Source: Girardia tigrina (Eukaryota). Taken from it: a DNA stretch of 50,095 nt. Positions 47,119 to 50,095 of the stretch are shown piece by piece. The position numbers and the translations under genes are program-made. The stretch covers positions 24,680-74,774 of the forward strand of contig MQRK01226795.1 in the NCBI GenBank assembly GCA_001938485.1, written 5' to 3'. The notes beneath the pieces were generated by a model. The model made no database searches. It saw nothing but the letters and a program-made list of their open reading frames with translations, and was not told the DNA's origin. How positions within the stretch are numbered: position 1 is the stretch's first letter; every line of letters begins with the position of its first letter.

Positions 47119-48874
47119 CTTGAACGGTGCTACCAATTTTTTCTCTTAATGTCAACACACATTCAACGGTTGTAACAATTTGTCATATCGATAAAAACGA
47201 GTCACATAACTCGATAACAAACAACAACAATATTAAAAAATAACAATACTATGTTAACCTTAGTACCAGTGTTTCTTTCAGCCTCACGGTTTTGGGGGGA
47301 ACATCGTTTTCTTTGGTGTGTTAGAATTTAAATGTTTTTAATTGATTACATGTGTTGGTATTGCAACTATTTAGTTAACCTTGATCAGCAAGTCAACACA
47401 AACACCAAAGGTAAAAGATTTATTAATAACTAATGCACAATATAGTATGAACGGTGACCCGACAAAATAGCGCCGACCATTGATTTTTATTTTCATTTAA
47501 CTAAAGTAAAAAATAACTTCCGTTATCGAGTATAGGACAATTAACCTCTAACAACATCCAATGTTTTGCATGATTAGATTTTTTAAATAAAAGCTTATAA
47601 ATTTTATTTATAAAAAATATTGAATATATTGATCAAGGAAAATTCATTGATTCAGCAAGGGAAGTAAGCCAATCAAATTTGCGGCCCTTAGACCGCTCTC
47701 AAGTAATCGAGGATCTCGCGGTAGCCAAAATATTCAGTAGCCAGTGATCAGGCTACAACCGCTAGTGCTGCTGCCCACCTGGCCAACCACCCCGGTGGAC
47801 TGATATTTCATTAACCAACAACAGTCCGTCACGCACATTTGTGTATGTATGTTATATATACTTACACTGATACTGACTGACAACCACCCTACTGTACTGA
47901 CACTGCGTATGTATATTTTATATGTACAAAATATGTAGACACATCAATCAGTGCCTAACCTAATATAGTGATGGCATCTCATTCAGCCAATGTTAATATA
48001 TAGACAGGATGATAGAAACTCCTTTATTTTTAAATGTATATGTGTGATGTTGTTTCGCTCCATTGTTTGTATAGTATGACATTATTTGAGTATCATCACT
48101 CGAAAAAATTTGGGTGTTTATTGCTAATTATGGCTTATAATTGGACATGTTTTTAGGTGGACGTGTTAAATTTTGGGCAGTACGTTCTTCCCAGTATAGG
48201 GCTGGAAGAAACACTGCTCAGTACTCAAATTAATTAATTCATTTCTTTAACATTTTTTATATACATAAATTATGCATATCAACAAAACAAATATTATCAT
48301 AGAATGTCATTCATGGGTTGTTCATTCTTGACTTTGAAATTAATTTCAACCTTTGACTTTTCAATAAAGGATGGAGACAAATGATATAAATAACAATAAA
48401 AGGGATCTAGGACATAAACCCCCGAATATAAACACCTAAAGAAAAAAACTCCCCGACAGAAAACCGATTATTTTGAATATTTTTTCTTTATTTCTTAATG
48501 TAATGTGCATAATCATCAGTAAATGGACACAGCAATGTCATTAAAAAATATATTTTCCTTTAAATATCTTATATTTTTTAAAAATAATTGGTAATTTTCT
48601 TAAATACACTCTTCAAAGCGGGTACAAAAGAAATATATATTTTTATATAGAAATAAACAACAACTATATGTAACATTTTATTATTTTCATTTTAATATTT
48701 TCAAATACATATTTTTATATCAACATAAATATTGCCGTTATTTTTTAAATTTATTTTAAGGTAAGAATTATAAATAAATGTTAAATATAAAATGATTATG
48801 CATTAAATTTGTTTTAAAAATAATATAATTAAAATTAACTTTTGATAAAACTATGTCAAGTTGTCAATAACCCA

Positions 48875-49278
48875 TATCCTATTACTTCGAATGTTGATGA
48901 AATCGACATTCCAAATCGTTTAAAAAATGCTCAATGACCAAGATTTCTTTCTGTTTGATTCAGCTTCAGGTAATAATAACAGAATGTTTATCTTGCAACA
49001 CCCGACAATCTTAAACTTTTGGAAACAAAATCTCACTGGTTTATGGATGGAATTTTCAAAACTGCTCCAACTCTTTTTTTCAACTCTATACAATTTATCC
49101 AGTACTTCATGAACGAAAAATTACCTATATTTATGAATTACTACTAAACAAAATTGAAGAAACCTATATGAAGCTGTTTCAGACATTAACCATACTAAAT
49201 GTCAATTTGGAGCCAATGACAAAAGTGGTTGATTTTGAATTGGCAGTTAAGAAAAGTTTAGAAAGAATTTCCTCCGAA
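48875..49278 (+). pseudogene. Mutator/MULE transposase core fragment
   Basis: FFLFDS...RMFI, HWFMDGIFKTAPTLF, QLYTI, LLLNKIEETY..LF, VVDFELA. Confidence 0.85.
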
Positions 49279-49766
49279 AGTAGGGGAAAAATGGGCGTTC
49301 TCCACCACCCCCCGGAGGTGGGGGGGAAACGGTTGCCATGGCAACGGTCGCGATCACCTTAGCAACGGTCGTGGTGACCATGTCAACGGTCGCGATCACC
49401 TTAGCAACGGTCGCGGTTACCATGTCAACGGTCGCGATCACTTTGGCAACGCTTCTCATTGGTCCACGGTTCCCTAGCAACGGTCGCGATCGTCATAGCA
49501 ACGGTCGCGATCACCTTAGCCTAGGCAGCAACGGTTCCAGTTCACTTGGAAACGCTTCTGATTGGTTCCTTGGTTCCCTAGCAACGGTCGCGAAACTGGG
49601 GGCGATCGCCGGCATTCACTACAGCAACGGTGCCGGCGATCGCCGGCATTCACAAAAAAAGTGCTAATCGATCACTGCACAGTGTCCAAATGTGCTAATC
49701 GATATTTTAAAAGTGCTAATCGATAGTGCACATTTTGCCACACATTTCTAATGTGCTAGCACAGTG
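49279..49766 (-). mobile_element. CACTGTG-ended repeat, long copy with a GC-rich 21/42-bp tandem array
   Basis: Same two ends as 46888-47118 in reverse orientation; units GGTCGCGATCACCTTAGCAAC alternating with GGTCG.GGT.ACCATGTCAAC; three GTGCTAATCGAT subterminal repeats. Confidence 0.85.
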
Positions 49767-50095
49767 CTTTTTAAGTTGCACATGTGTAAAAGTACAAAAA
49801 TCAATACATGAAATTTTTTAAAAGTACTAGTGTCAAAAATCGATGATATTTTTTTTTTGAAAGAAAAAAAAATTTTTTTTTCACAGAACGGCTGTCAAAA
49901 ATTTGCCACTTAGTGGCTCGCGGTCCGTACCATATAAATTTGAATAGATTGATCAAAATTATATTTATATAACAAGGTTTTTTTCTTCGGTATTGTGATC
50001 TGATTTTCTTGGACACTGAGTACGACTCCTCGAGCATGAATAACCAATGTCAATCCACCAGTTAGACATATGTAATTGTGTTCATGGTCGATCAA

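Noticed and set aside
47640-47830. GC-rich patch that might be a tRNA, SINE or ncRNA
   Set aside because: No cloverleaf or convincing A/B boxes could be identified by eye.
49331-49650. CRISPR-like appearance of the regular repeat array
   Set aside because: Contiguous tandem units without unique spacers, no cas genes, and a eukaryotic context.
49247-49667. ORFs with a TVAITLA/VATVAKV heptad repeat (49338-49667 + and 49247-49480 -)
   Set aside because: Translation of a 21-bp stop-free DNA repeat, open on both strands; the array is mostly absent from the second copy of the element.

Overview
Very AT-rich eukaryotic (metazoan) DNA with several N gaps. The bimodal intron sizes (47-51 nt versus several kb) and the TE content look like a triclad flatworm, but that is inference. 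One complete host gene can be assembled by hand: a 6-exon TMEM65 orthologue (+, 6222-27565, 196 aa). There is also a weak candidate for a small secreted protein near 34.8 kb. Nearly everything else is nested, mostly decayed transposons: Tc1/IS630, three mariners, five hAT-type elements including a full-length hATm, MULE fragments, Ty3/gypsy remnants, an RTE-like LINE, MITEs and solo LTRs. The most unusual signal is a set of LTR-like TG...CA cassettes (4512-5492, 41673-42466, 29695-30174, more weakly 21124-21512) with a shared layout: short terminus, AT-rich block, an ATG about 270-315 bp in, then a long frame running almost to the 3' CA. That frame appears to be stitched from short host-gene pieces, namely a clear 23-codon UBE2G/Ubc7 piece in one cassette and a nuclear-receptor LBD-like piece in another. 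Also notable are a mobile tandem array of RFX X-box-like sites and an exon-like fragment between duplicated Helitron-like ends. All family calls come from motif recognition by eye; no searches were run.
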